A stretch of 63,924 bases of DNA, the filler included, from Malassezia furfur (Eukaryota), in the NCBI GenBank assembly GCA_052055015.1. It is 4 parts of 4 records of this genome, joined end to end, with 100 filler letters (N's around TTAATTAATTAA, not from the genome) between each part and the next. Parts side by side here need not be neighbours in the genome. Positions count along the whole stretch, not along the records: positions 17,072 to 34,002 come from JBQJIT010000237.1; positions 34,103 to 50,959 come from JBQJIT010000238.1; 2 more parts are not named here. One strand, written 5' to 3'. Numbering within the stretch: the stretch's first letter is position 1; the number at the start of each line of letters is the position of its first letter. The position numbers and the translations under genes were made by a program. Positions 22,254 to 34,802 of this stretch are shown piece after piece. The notes under the pieces are model-generated. The model was given only the letters and a program-made list of their open reading frames with translations. It was not told the DNA's origin and searched no databases.

Positions 22254-25234
22254 TTACCCATTCACGAACCGCACCATGAGATACACCGTAGATCCGATAA
22301 ACCGGATCCCGCTCATCACCGCAACGAAAATGAGGATGATCAGGATGTAGGTGCGTGTGCGCATGTTGCCGGCGTCCGGGTCGAAGGTGCCCGTGAGCTC
22401 GGTGTCGAGGATGACCCCCGCGAGGAGCGCGTTCGAGAGCGACCAGAGCAAGAGCACGTTGGTGCGGATGTTCTTGTAGTAGTCGAGCTTGCGCGTGGCG
22501 TCCGCGGCGCTCGTGCCGTGGATGATCGTCGGGCGCTCGCGCAGGTTCGCGAGCGCCTCCTCGTAGGCGGTGTCGATGTCGGCCTGCGCCGAGGGCAGCG
22601 ACACCTCGGCCATGCCCTGCCCCGTGGAGGTGACCTTGCCGAGGTCCGGCGCGGCGGTGTCGCCCTTGGTGCCCCACGAGATGTCGTGCAGATTGCAGAA
22701 TGCGTAGATGTTGAGCACGTTGATGTAGGTGGGCGTGAACAAGAAGTACTGCAGGCTGCTCGTGAGCAGGTGCAGCGGGTCGAGCGCCATGAGCGAGCCG
22801 AGCACGTAGACGCCGTACGTGCTCACGAGGCTCACGACGAGCTCGGCGAACGTCGAGTTGTGGTCGCCCTGGAACAGCTTGTACATGCACACCACGCCGG
22901 CCGCGAGCATGTACACGGAGAGCAGCGCAAAGATCACCACCACCGCCGTGTACTTCCACGCGCTGCCCTGCGGGCGGTTGCCGAGCGCGAGGATGAAGCA
23001 CGCGACGAGCGTGCCGATGTACACAAAGTGCAGGATCTCGTTCACGATGCCGATGCCGTGCAGGCCGAACGACGGCGCCTCGAGGCCGCGCGTGAGCACG
23101 CGGAAGAAGATGTAGAAGTTGGCGAGGCCGAACCAGGCAAAGAGCATGTTGAGGAAGGTGTAGAACGTGGCGAGCGCGAGCGCCATCTTGCGCCACACCG
23201 AGTGCGCCGTGCCGCCGAACTGGAAGGTGTGCGTCAGGGCGTACACCGCGGAGAAGAAGGCGCCGTTCAGCCAGCGCCGGCGCTGGCTGATGAACTCGGG
23301 GATGCGGTTCGGCACGTCGGTGACGCCGCGCGCATTGCTCACGTACTTCATCACCCAGTCCGAGTTCGCCTTGGCCGCGAGCTCGAAGCAGAGGATGCGG
23401 TCCTCGGCGAGGTACATGTTCGAGGTGAACACGTCGGCGTCGCCGCCGTGCAGGCGCTCGCCCTTGAAGTAGGACGCGAGCGGCCCCTTGCCCGTGACCG
23501 GGTCGTTCTGCAGCGCGATGTAGCGGTACGCTGGGTGAGTCGGGCAAAGCACGTACCACTGAAGGCGCCGGGGAGCACCGAGATGTAGCCAAACACGCTC
23601 TCGAGCGTCTTGTCGAGGATGTTGCTGATCTTGTACTCAAAGTTCTGCGCGGCGACGAGCGGGTTGAGCAGCGCGAGGCCGAGGCCCGCCTTGCCGCCCG
23701 TGTCGACGGTGATTTCGCCGCACGCGCCGGCCACGTTCGAGTTCCGGTCGAAGCTCTTCCAGAGGTTGTAGATCGACTTGTGTTCGGGCTTCGTGCCGAC
23801 GTCCAGCAGGATGCACACGTTCGGCTGCAGCACGGGGGCGAACGCGTTGAAGAACCAGCGGTGCGAGTTGATCTTCTTCGCGTTGTGCTCCTTGAGGCAG
23901 AACATGATCTGCACCGGCACCATGCCCTGCTCTGCGCCGCGGAAGTGCACCTTGCTGTCGAGCGAGAGCTGCGTGGTGTACTCGTAGACGTGCGCCTGCA
24001 CCGCCTTGTCGTCCACCATGTTCTTTGCGACGCCCTCTTGGTACACGCCGAGCGCCGAGAGGCAGTCGAGCACGCGCGGGCTGATGTTCTTGCGGCCGTC
24101 GGCGATGATGCCGACCACCACCTTGTTCCAGCTGCCCTCGCCCCACACGCGGCTCTTGTTCCGCGTGCAGAGGTGCGCGATGTTCTTCATCACGCCGTGC
24201 AGCGTCCGGCAAAACAGCTCCTCGTCCTCGTTGTACATCGTCACCCCGATAAAGATCTCCGTGTGCCGGTTGTACAGGCTCTGCCGCAGCGTAAAGTGGT
24301 TGCGCGCAAAGTCGTCCGCGTCGCACGTCACCGCCGAGTAGCGCATGTGCGTAAACTCGTCCGTGTCGCGCCGGTTCACAAACGTGCTCAGCTTCGTAGG
24401 GATCGGGCAGTTCAGCACGAGGTTGCCGTACGTCAGCGCCACGTTCCGGTTCACATTGTGCCGCCGCTGCTGCCGCCCGCGCGGCGGCGCCGGGCCAAAG
24501 TGCTGCGTGCTGTGCATCAGCGCGAGCTCCGCGGGCTTCGCCGCGAGGTTCTCGGGCGCGACGCTCGACGCGTGCTCGGGGATCTCGGGCACGCCCAGCC
24601 CCTGGTTCGGCGCGTGCGCCGTGTCGAACGGCATCGGGCGCGACAGCGCCCCGTCGTACACGGGCGCCGACGCATACGCGGCCGCCTCGCCGGCCTTCTC
24701 GGGGTCGTCGTACACGAGCTCGTGGCTGTTCCAGCTCGGCGGGGGGTCGCTGCCGTTCGACAGGCGCTGGTCGTGCATCGCTTGTTCGTAGGCGGGCGTG
24801 CTGGGCGCGTCGCCAGTGGGGTATGGAGCGAGGTGCTGGCCGTAGACGTGCGCGGCGTACGCGGGGTCGTACGACGCGTCGTATGGCATGGTATACTGCA
24901 CGTGGTCCTGCGTGCTGGGCTGGGTATCATACGGGTTGGGCGTGTCGAGCGGCGCGGCGTACGGCTGCTCGGCGGACGCCTGGCTCGGGTCGACGTACAC
25001 GCCGAGATCCTGCGCCGAGTTCCAGCCGTACGCGGGGTAGGCGTACGAGCCGTCGCCGAGCAGCTCGGCCTCGCTCGTCGCCGAGACGTGGTGTGCGTGG
25101 CCATAGACGTGGCCGTGCGTGTGGGCTGTGGTGGTGTCGGACGCATACGCGTCGTGGTGGGGCTCGGAGTCGTGGTTCATCGAGGCGAGCGCCTGCTCGT
25201 ATCGGCTCGGCGTGTGCGCCGCACCGCCGTCCAT
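22254..25234 (-). CDS. Chitin synthase (division 1, class I-III type)
   Basis: [53 protein letters not shown] and SWGTKG. 26-nt intron 23531-23556. Confidence 0.93.
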
Positions 25235-25565
25235 CGTGTGGGAGACGTGTCGGACTAGGGGGAAGAAGCGGCGCCGCCGTGTCGGACGCCGCGCACGGCG
25301 CGACCGAGATGTTACATGGATGCAGTCTCCACATCGTCCAAGTGACATCCACCCCGGCACGCGTGCATGCGCGCGTGCGCGCGCAGGCCATGCCACGTGG
25401 GGCCCGATTGGGGCGCGCGCCTCCACCGCGGGCGGTAAACACGCGACGCGCGGGGGAAAGGGGGGGCGTGCCGCGCCGCGCCGGGGGACGCGCCCCCCCG
25501 TGCGCTCACTAGCGAGTCGGGTGGAACTACTACACAGAGGTACACATTACGATGCCTAATCACGC

Positions 25566-26073
25566 CTACTCGGACGTGTTCGACCCCTTCTTGCTGGTCT
25601 TGCCCTGGTTCTTGATGACTGTGTGAGTGCGCGGCGCGGCGGTACGTACGCGACTTGTGAATATACGGCAAAACACCACCGCCGGCGATGGTCGCACGAA
25701 TCAGCGAGTCGAGCTCCTCGTCGCCGCGGATCGCAAGCTGCAGGTGGCGGGGCGTAATACGCTTGACGCGCAAGTCCTTGGACGCGTTGCCTGGGTCAGA
25801 ACGGGGGGGCGCGCGACGACGTACCTGCCAGCTCGAGAACCTCGGCCGTGAGGTATTCGAGGATCGCGCTCGTGTACACCGCAGCCTTGGCACCGACGCG
25901 GATGTTGTTCTGCGACTTCTTCTTGAGGTGCCGGTGGATACGTCCGACGGGGAACTGCGTCAGTGCACACCACCTACCTGAAGACCGGCGCGCACCGACT
26001 GCGACACCGGTTTCCGGGCCTCGCTCTTCTGGTTCGTCGTAGGGCCGGACTTGCCACCCGTGCCTGCCGCCAT
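25566..26073 (-). CDS. HTZ1: Histone H2A.Z, 3 introns
   Basis: [16 protein letters not shown]...RVGAKAAVY...[44 protein letters not shown]. Introns 25955-25977, 25791-25824, 25619-25649. Confidence 0.95.
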
Positions 26074-26166
26074 CTCGATGGTCGTGGTTCTGCGCGAACA
26101 TGCGCGTCCGCGCGCTGGAGCAACACCACGCTCGGCCGATCGTGCTTAGTCATCACCACGACCACG

Positions 26167-29100
26167 ATGAGCGCCGCGGCGCTGCAGGTGCCGCTCGGCG
26201 TGCCGCTGGGCCCGCGCGCGGGCGGCGCGCCGGCGTGGGACGAGGTACGTGCGCCGACGGTGCAGCGCGATGTGCCACCGGACGACGACGACGAGTGGGG
26301 GCGCGCGCTCGACGCAGACGCGCCGCCCGCCACGACGTGCGCGGCGACGTACTTTGCGCCCCACCCCGCGTCGGGCGGCGCGGGCGACGTGCTCGTGCTC
26401 GTCGGCTTCTCGGACGGCGCCGTGCACGTGTACTCGGTGGACGTCGCGCACGACGGTGCGGCACGCTCGCCGCCCACGCCCAGCGCGCCGCCGTCGCCGC
26501 TGCGCACCGACGCTGCGCCGTGGGAGCATGCGGCCAAGGCGCACCCCAGCACGGCGCAGACGAGCGCCGCGTCGAGCGCATCGAACCACGACGCACGCAG
26601 CGTGCGCTCCATGTCCGAGGCGTCGACGAGCGTGTCGATGGCCAACGGGCGCGCGACGTACGAAGCGCCGGCGGCCGACGCCGAAGCGCTGCTCGAAGCG
26701 CAGTACCATGCGTCGGACGCGCCGCAGGTCCTTGCGCACGGCGGCGCCGAGGCGCGTGTACGCGCGCACGAGCACCCTGCGCACAAGGCGCCGTCGCGCC
26801 CGCCGTCGTTCCGCGAGACGCACATCGCGCCCGACGACGCGTCGTGGGCCGAGCCGCGCTCGCCGCGCGGCGTGCCGGAGGACGCGCCGCTGCGCGTGTG
26901 CAGCGCGCCGCGGCTCCTCCGCTCGCTGTACACGCCGGACGCCGCGCCGGTGGTCGCGCTTGACGTCGACGACCGCGTGGACGATGCGTGGCCCGCGCAG
27001 GTGCTCGTGCGCCAGGCGTCCGGCCGCGTCACGGCGTGGTCGCTGCCCGCGCTCTCGTTTGTAGGCAGCGTGACGCTGCGTGTGATGCAGCACGTGTCGC
27101 GCGGCGCCGGCGCCGGCGAGCACGACGTGCAGTTTGTGTTTGAGCGGCACGCGACCGAGCTGGGCTCGCAGCTGCTCCAGCCGGTCGACGCGTTCATGCA
27201 CCTCGCGCGCCTGCCGCCGTCGCACGACGCCGCGGTGGACGTGCACGCCGTCGTGGTGCTCGGCGACGCGCCGGAGCGCGCGCCGCCGCTGTGCTGGGCA
27301 CAGTACGCCGCATGGCCCGAGCGCGTGTTTGTGCTGTGCACGGATGCGGTCGGGCGCACGCTGCGTGTGTGCGCGGTGCTCGACGCGCCGAGCGACGGCG
27401 CACACGTGCGCTGCGTGTGCGTGCGCCTCGGCGCGGCCCCGGCGCTGCTGCTCGTGAGCGCGGGCGAGGCGGTGCAGTGTGTGTCGTACGCGATCGACGA
27501 CCTCGCGGCCTTCTGCCGCGGGCTGCCGACGCACGCGGCGCGCGCCGCACGTAGCGACGCCGACCACGCGGCACAGACGACGTCCGCGAGCGGTGCACGC
27601 CTGTCGCTGCGCCATCTCGCGCTGCTCCTCCCCGCGCGCTCGGCGCCGCACCGCTCCGGCGCGGAGCACGACGCGGCGCCGCCCACCGACGCGCTCTTGG
27701 CGCCGTCCCATACCCATACCCTCCTCGCGGCGCCGCGCGACGGCACCGCCGAGCGCGTCCTGGCGCTCGGCGTCGTGCACGGCGCGTGTGCGATGGTGCA
27801 GCCCAGTGCCGTGCACGTCGTGGCGCTGGACGACGCACCCACCGCGGTGCAGCAGACCCTTGCGCTGCCCAGCCGCGCGCTACGTATGTACACACTGCGC
27901 GACGCGCACGCATGGGCAATCGTGTGCGAGGTACGTCGGCGCACTCACCCAGCACCACCGCGTCTACGTGGCGTGGGACGCCGAGCAAGGCACGTGCCGT
28001 ACGACCGAGGCGGCCGCCGACGCGGACGCGGACGCCGACGCGCTGCTCGTGCCCGCGGGCGGCGCACTGCTCGACCTCGCGTGGGGCGCGCGCGACGACG
28101 CACCGAGCGCGCGTGCGCCGCCGCCGTTTTCCGCGCTGCTCCCCCTCGCGCTCAGCAAGGTCGTCGTGGCGGAGCGCACGGGCGCCAGCGGGGCGCCCGG
28201 CATCTTCACGTCGCCGCTCCTCGCGCTGTTCACCGGCGACGAGCGCCCCAACGCCGTGCCGCTGCCGTGGGACGCGCCGCTCACGCTGCTGCAGCAGGTG
28301 GCGAACCCCCGCACCGGCACGCGGCACGTGCTGGGCGGCTCGGAGGCGGGCGACCTGGGCGTGTGGAACGGCGCGACGCTGCAGCTCGAGGCGGCGTACA
28401 GCTGGTTCACGGCGCCCGTGCAGTGCATCGTGCCGCTGCTGGGCGTCGCGCCGACGTCCCGGCTGTACGGGTGTGTGCTGTGCGTCGCCGAGGACGGCAC
28501 CTCGGCGCTGCTCGCGCTCAACGACCTGCGCCTCGTGCAGCTCTTCCCCGGGAGCGGCGCGCCGCTCGTGCAGATCGCCGTGCGCGGCCACGAGCTGCTG
28601 CTTGCGTACGGCGAGCGGCGTGCGCGCATCTGGTCGCTCGCGACGCACGAGCTCGTACGTAGTGCCACCGCCGAGCAGCTGTGGCTGCTCGTCGCCAAGG
28701 CGGACGCCGCGGGCGAGGCGTGGCTCCGCCTGCCCGTGCCCCCGTCGCCGCGCAGCGCGCTGGGGCGCGTCGACAAGGGCGCGGCCGGCGGCATGCTCTC
28801 GACGAGCCACGCGGTCGCCGACGGCGCGGTGCCGATCGTGCTCGCCGACATGCGCCGCGCCGTGGACGTCGCGAGCAAGACGCTGCGCACCGCGCTCGGC
28901 GCCACGGAGCTCGCGAGCGCGCTCGACGCGCCCGCCGACGCCGCCGACGCGCCGCCCAAGCTGCTCGACATGATGCGCCCGCTGCTCGCCCTGTTCCTCC
29001 CGGGCGAGCTAGACGCCGTGTTTGTGCAGCTGCGCGACGCCGCGTACGGCGGGCACGCGCCCGCCGCGGCGCTCGTCCCCGCGTCGCCCGGCCTGCCGGG

Positions 29101-30513
29101 CTTCGTGAGCAGTGCCGCCGGCGCGCGTGCGGCGCTCGCCGCGACGCGCTTCGCGCTCGACGCCGAGACGAGCGCACAGCACCTCGTGTCGCTCGTGGCG
29201 CTCGTGCTGCTCGCGCGCTTTGTGCCTGCGCTGCGCGACGCGAGCGCCGCGGTGCTCGACGCGCTGCTCAACCCCGCGTTCCTGCGCGAGGCCGTGGCGC
29301 CGCACCCATTCGTCGCGCCGAGTCTCGCGACGCTCGTGCGCTACACGCTCGACGAAAACGAGGTGCTGCGCAAGGCGGCTGCGCTGCTCTTCCGGCCGTA
29401 CGCGCTCGCGACCGACGACGAGGCGGTCGATGCGCTCGTGGCGGTGTATGCGCCGCTCTTGCACGACGACGCGGCCGCCGAGGCGCCGCATGCGCTGCTG
29501 CTTCTCGGCATGGTCGCGTCGGAGCGCTATGCGTACTTTGCGCCTACGCTGCTCAAGCACATTGCCACGGGCGTCGCGCGCTACCTACAGGCGCCGACGA
29601 CCGACGCCGCGGGCGCCGAGCGCGTCTATGTGGCCCTCGAGCTGTGCTGCCGCGGGTGCGAGATCTGGCAGCACTACGTCGACGCCGTGGCGCTCGTGCG
29701 CGGCATCTTCCGCATCGCCGCGCACACGGACGACGCGGCGCCCGTGCGCCAGCTGCGCGGCCTGTCGCTGCGCGGCCTGGCGCGGCGGGCGACGCTCGAG
29801 TTGGCGGCGCACCACAGCGCACTGTTTATGAGCACGCTCGCGATGGACATCCTGCACGCGACGTCCGTGGAGCAGACACAGGTGACGCTGCGCCTCGTCG
29901 CGTTCCTCATCCGGCAAAAACCGCTCGCGCTCTACCCCAGTCTGCCGCGGCTTGTCGAGGCGGTGGTCAAGTCGCTCGACCCGACCGCGGGCGCGACGCG
30001 CTCGGCGATGGCCAAGTCGGCGACGCTCATGATCAGCGCGCTCGTCGAGACCTACCCGTCGATCGCGTTCCACGGCGCGACGCAGCGCCTGGCCGTCGGC
30101 ACGCACGACGGACAGGTGGTGCTGTACGACGTCAAGACGGCGACGCGGCTCTACGTGCTCGACGGGCACGAGCGGCCTGTGACCGCGTGCAGCTTCTCGC
30201 CGGACGGCCGCCGGTTTTTGTCGATGAGCCTGGACGACGAGTGCGTGCTGATCTGGCGGCTAAGCACGGGCCTCCTGGACCTGCTGGTGCCGAGCGCCAT
30301 GGCGCGCCTCGCCGGCACGCAGACGCAGGCCGCTGCGGACCGTGTCCTCCACTTCCACCTCGGCAGTGCCGGTACGTATGCTGATTGGTCTAACCTTGTC
30401 CAGCCCACATGACCCTGGCCGATACACTCGCACAAGTCGCGTTTGAATGGCCCAATGCGCGCAGCGTGCGTCTCCGCGTGGGCGAGGCCCGCGTGAATCT
30501 CGGCGTGGTCTGA
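26167..30513 (+). CDS. WD40-repeat protein, WDR7/rabconnectin-3beta-like (2 introns)
   Basis: C-terminus RLVEAVVKSLDP...TQRLAVGT..YDVKTATRLYVLDGH..VTACSFSPDGRR. Introns 27931-27952 (22 nt) and 30372-30403 (32 nt) join the ORF pieces. Confidence 0.75.
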
Positions 30514-30716
30514 CACACGCAGCCCGCGCGCCCGCGCAGTCCCTGGCCGCGCCCGCGGGGGACGTGCGCCAGCGCCGGTCCTTGCAGGGCGACTTGCAGC
30601 ACCGCGCGCGTGGCCGGCCCCCGATGCATTCGCACGCGGCGCTCTTCTCCGCACGTACCTAGCACGCGTGTTGCGTATTCAGTGCATCTCGCCGTAGCAC
30701 CTTCTCTCCTGCCATC

Positions 30717-32192
30717 ATGCCCCTCCCCGTCTGGCTGCGCAAGCCGGTTTTGCCCCTCCCGGCCGCGTATGACCCGCTGCCGCGCATCGTGCCGCGCATC
30801 CCGACGCCGCTCGACTTCTCGCCGGTGCGCGTGCCGCCCGAGACCGCCGTGCTCGACGCCTTCCGGCGCCTCGGCTTCGACACGATGCAGTACGCACGCA
30901 ACGAGCTCGACTCGGTCATGTTCGCCAACGAGTTGTTCCGCATGCTCCTGGATGTCGCCGTGATGACCGTGGTGATCTGCACCGTCTTCCAGCGCACGGC
31001 ACACGCCAAGCCCGCCGTGCGCCGCAACGCCGCGCTGGTGCTCAGCGCGCTGGTGCTCCTCTGGCCCGTGCTGGTGGGCCGCGGCGAGGTGACCGCGTTC
31101 AACTTCCTGCGCCCCGCCGTGGGCTTCCGCTCGAGCCTGCTGGTGTGGGATCTGTTCCAGATCCGCACCGTGCAGGAGGTGCAGTCTTGGTCGATCATGC
31201 GGCTCGTCGCGCACCTCTGGTTCTTCCCCATGGAGCAGGAGCGCATCGAAGAGCGTGAGCGGCACGACGGGTACAAGCGCGACCCACGCGCGCAGAGTTT
31301 GCGCAACTTGCCGCTCGGCCTCGTGCAGGGCGCTGTGTCGCTCGTGCTGCTGCTGTTTGTGCCGCCCAAGGCCGCGTACGACGAGATGCACTGGCTCAAC
31401 CGACGCTGCTACTGCTTCCTGCTCGGCATCACCATCTTCCTGCTGCTTTCGTCCGGCGGCCTGATCATCTTCAACTTGTTTGGCCTGATCACGGGCATTG
31501 AGCAGGAAGCCATGTTCCACAACCCTTGGTTCACGACGCGCCTGCGCCACTTTTGGTCGCGCTGGAACCGTGCGATCGCCACAGTGCTGCACCGCGTCAT
31601 CTTTGGCGGAGAAAAGACGTTCAAGACGCTCGAGGAGCGCAAGGCCGCCGAGGCTCGCGCCGCGAAGGGCACGTCCAACGACGCGCAGGGCACGTCGAGT
31701 GCCGTGACGGGCGCATCGGGCGCTGCGCAGCGGCGCACGCGTGCGTCGTCGTCGCCCTCCTCCTCCTCTTCTTTCTCGGAGGAGGAGGAGGGCAACGGCG
31801 CTGAAGCCGACCAGCGCCGCAAGCGTGCGTTCTGGACTAAATCGGGACTTGCGATGCTCACGTTCTTCACCTCGGGCCTGTTCCACGAATACCTCATCAC
31901 GTTTGCGTCGCCGTACCACTATGGCTACAACACGCTCTTCTTCCTGCTCAACGGAGCGGGCACCGTGCTGTCGAGCGGCGTGGAGCGCTTCTACCCTGCC
32001 GTGCACCACCGGATCCCGGCCTGGTTCCGGTACATGCTGATGATCGCCTTCTACCTGTGCGTCTCGCCGCTCTTTTTTGCGCCCCTGCTCGCGGGCGACT
32101 TTTTCGCGCATCTGCAAGAGGTGGCGTTCATGATGCTGCCCCACGACCGGCCGCCGGCGCGGCCCATGTTTGTGTTCCTTTTCGGGAAGTAG
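30717..32192 (+). CDS. Membrane-bound O-acyltransferase, wax-synthase-like (MBOAT_2)
   Basis: Multi-TM protein with FHNPW...HFWSRWN and FFTSGLFHEY (catalytic His) motifs. Confidence 0.8.
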   Translation: MPLPVWLRKPVLPLPAAYDPLPRIVPRIPTPLDFSPVRVPPETAVLDAFRRLGFDTMQYARNELDSVMFANELFRMLLDVAVMTVVICTVFQRTAHAKPAVRRNAALVLSALVLLWPVLVGRGEVTAFNFLRPAVGFRSSLLVWDLFQIRTVQEVQSWSIMRLVAHLWFFPMEQERIEERERHDGYKRDPRAQSLRNLPLGLVQGAVSLVLLLFVPPKAAYDEMHWLNRRCYCFLLGITIFLLLSSGGLIIFNLFGLITGIEQEAMFHNPWFTTRLRHFWSRWNRAIATVLHRVIFGGEKTFKTLEERKAAEARAAKGTSNDAQGTSSAVTGASGAAQRRTRASSSPSSSSSFSEEEEGNGAEADQRRKRAFWTKSGLAMLTFFTSGLFHEYLITFASPYHYGYNTLFFLLNGAGTVLSSGVERFYPAVHHRIPAWFRYMLMIAFYLCVSPLFFAPLLAGDFFAHLQEVAFMMLPHDRPPARPMFVFLFGK

Positions 32193-32244
32193 GCATTCTA
32201 CAGGCAGTATGTAGCGCATCCAGGCGGAGCGGCACACGCGCCGC

Positions 32245-33393
32245 CTACATCGGAACCGACGGCGGGATCGGCGGCGGCTGCGTCGGGTCCATGGGCTCCG
32301 CGCCGCTCTCGATCGAGACGCCGAGGCCGAACTTGGCGTCGCCCTGGAGGTGGTCGATCTCGCCCGAGAAGGTGAAGGCAAACGCGGGCGAGATGCGCGC
32401 CTCGTACACGGACGACAGCTTGCCGACGCTGTCGAGCTGCGCGCGCAGCGACGCGGTGCGGAACGAGTAGCGTGCGGCGAGCGACGCCTGGGCATCGCGG
32501 CGCTGCGGCATCGCGATCATCTGCAGGTCGCCCGCGACGTCCACCTGCTCGCTGAGCTTCTGCCAGTAGGTGAACTGGCCGACGCCCTGCGGCTGCCACT
32601 GGGCGGTGGCAATCCAGTCGTTCTGCTTGCCGATCCACTTGGCCATGTACCCGATGCTCGCCTCCTCGATCTCCGGGCTCGGGCGCTGGTACACGGCCTC
32701 GGCGCCGAGCGCAAACGTCGGGGTGAGCGTCTGCAGGTAGTTGGCCACGTAGATGCCCGTGGCGTTCGCCGGCGACGGGTTGAGCGCCTTGATGTTGGCG
32801 CTGAAGTCGGAGCCCATCACGTCGTGCTCGAGCTGCACAAACGACTGGCCGCCCGCAGGCGCGAGCTGTGCCTGGATTTTGGAGATCTGGCCGGGCGTCC
32901 AGCGCGTGTTGAGGCGCATCGTGACGTTGCCCGTGTCGTCCAGGCCGGCCTGGTAGAAACGGTTCTCGTCACCGTACACCGCACCGAAGTTGTACGCGTT
33001 CTTGCCCGCGGCGCCCAGCGTGAAGGCGTGGGTCACCTGGAAAATCGGGTTCAGGTTGAGCGCCTTGGTCAGGTCCGCGCGCGCGCCCTCAAACATAAAG
33101 TTGGTCGTCTGCACGGCCTTCACCTCGTTCTGCATCTTCTCGACGGAGCCGAGGTTGGGCAGGTCGAGCGTCTTGCGGATGCGGCGCAGCTCGCCGAAGG
33201 CGTCCGACACGGGGCGGAACACGCTGTCCATCTGGGAGAAGTACGACGTGAGCGACGACCAAAGCGTCGGCTGCTCCACGACGACCACGGGCTGGACCAC
33301 AGGGGGGTTCGTCGTCGTCGGCGCAGGGGCATGCATCGTCGCCTGAGGCGGCTGCGCCGTCAGGGGCGGGGCACTCGGTGCGGGGGCGGCCAT
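32245..33393 (-). CDS. TOM40: Mitochondrial outer membrane translocase Tom40
   Basis: LDLPNLGSVEKMQNEVK..TNFMFEGARADLTKALNLNPIFQVTHAF and FTFSGEIDH..AKFGLGVSIE. Confidence 0.93.
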   Translation of the reverse strand: MAAPAPSAPPLTAQPPQATMHAPAPTTTNPPVVQPVVVVEQPTLWSSLTSYFSQMDSVFRPVSDAFGELRRIRKTLDLPNLGSVEKMQNEVKAVQTTNFMFEGARADLTKALNLNPIFQVTHAFTLGAAGKNAYNFGAVYGDENRFYQAGLDDTGNVTMRLNTRWTPGQISKIQAQLAPAGGQSFVQLEHDVMGSDFSANIKALNPSPANATGIYVANYLQTLTPTFALGAEAVYQRPSPEIEEASIGYMAKWIGKQNDWIATAQWQPQGVGQFTYWQKLSEQVDVAGDLQMIAMPQRRDAQASLAARYSFRTASLRAQLDSVGKLSSVYEARISPAFAFTFSGEIDHLQGDAKFGLGVSIESGAEPMDPTQPPPIPPSVPM

Positions 33394-33529
33394 CGTATCC
33401 GTCAGCGCGAAGCACCACGCCGCCGGCCCCGAAGAAGAAACGGAGTCACGTGACCCTCCACCGGGGCCACGCGCGCGGGTGGCGCCGCGGCCCTGCGGTC
33501 TACGTCCGGGGCGCGTGTGCGACGAGTGT

Positions 33530-34002
33530 ATGGCGCCCGAATCCGACTCTGCGCCTGTGCGCCGCGGCGGCCGCGCAAAGCGGCCCGCCCAGCGCTATGA
33601 TCCTGCCGAACCCGTAGCCACGAAGCCCACCGAAAAGCGCGCGCGCCGCGCTCCCACGAAAAGCCGCCGTGCGCGCGCGTCGGACGACGACGCGGAGAAC
33701 GCGGAGGACGCGTCGAGCGACGACGAGGTGTACTGCGTCTGCCGCAAGGGCAACGACGGCTCGCCCATGATCTGCTGCAGCACGTGCGGCGAGTGGTACC
33801 ACTTCAAGTGCATCGGCCTCACGAAAAAGGCCGCCGAGGCCATCGACGAGTACGTGTGCAAGGCGTGCTTGGACAAGGAGGCCAAGGAGGAGCAGCGTGT
33901 ACAACAGAAGCAGGTCGACCAGGAGGAGGAGTACAAGCAAGAGGACGGGGACGACGAGGAGGAAGAAGAAGAGGAGGAGGAGGAAGAAGCGGAGGAAGAA
34001 GA
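33530..34002 (+). CDS. PHD-finger protein (Bye1/Spp1-like), truncated by gap
   Basis: VYCVCRKGNDGSPMICCSTCGEWYHFKCIG...YVCKAC, followed by a poly-Glu tract running into Ns. Confidence 0.8.
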
Positions 34003-34102
34003 NNNNNNNNNNNNNNNNNNNNNNNNNNNNNNNNNNNNNNNNNNNNTTAATTAATTAANNNNNNNNNNNNNNNNNNNNNNNNNNNNNNNNNNNNNNNNNN
34101 NN
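34003..34102. other. Artificial contig-join linker
   Basis: N44-TTAATTAATTAA-N44. Confidence 0.97.
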
Positions 34103-34665
34103 GCCTGCTGCGCTCGCAGCCGAACCACTACGTGGTCGCCTCCATAACCGGTCGCACATTTGTGCTCAGCGAGTCGGATGTCGTCACACTCCCGCGCATC
34201 CGCGGCGTTCAGGTCGGCGACGTCCTCGACCTCGACCGTATCCACGAGGTGGGCAGTCGCAACTACACACTGCGTGCCCAGGACCCGGCGCTGGGCCGCC
34301 GCAAGGCCCAGGGCGGCAAGTTCCCACTTGTTCTGTTCCAGGAAAAGGGCGCGAATGATGCGCCCAACGCGGCCGCGGTCGGTGTCGCGACGCGGTCAAC
34401 CGCCATGGCTCAGTCGTCCCCGGACGCTGTCTTGCCGTGGTCCTCGTCGTGGGCCGCGCAGCTCGTTCCATCGGGCCTCGCGCACGTCGGTGCCGTATTG
34501 TCCCCCGAGGTCGTACGCGTGCGCTGCGTGGTCGTCGAGCATACCAAGGGACCGATGGAGCGCGTCGAAAAGTTTAAGCGTCGCAAAGGCTACGACAAGG
34601 TGGTCACCCACAAGCAGCCCTATACCCGTCTCCGCGTGGATGCCATCACGCTCGGCTCTCCGTAG
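34103..34665 (+). CDS. MRPL49: Mitochondrial ribosomal protein bL21m, 5' end lost in gap
   Basis: VQVGDVLDLDRIHEVGSRNYTL...VVVEHTKGPM...KRRKGY...HKQPYTRLRV. Confidence 0.8.
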
Positions 34666-34802
34666 CGTGTGCATGTCCGGTACCGCTGCGATCGTATGTC
34701 ACGTAGAAAAAGCATAATCGTGCATGGACGATGCGTGCGTACTATGGGACGATGCGACCCGATTTTGGCTGCGCACGGCGCACAGAGACGAGGACGCATT
34801 GC

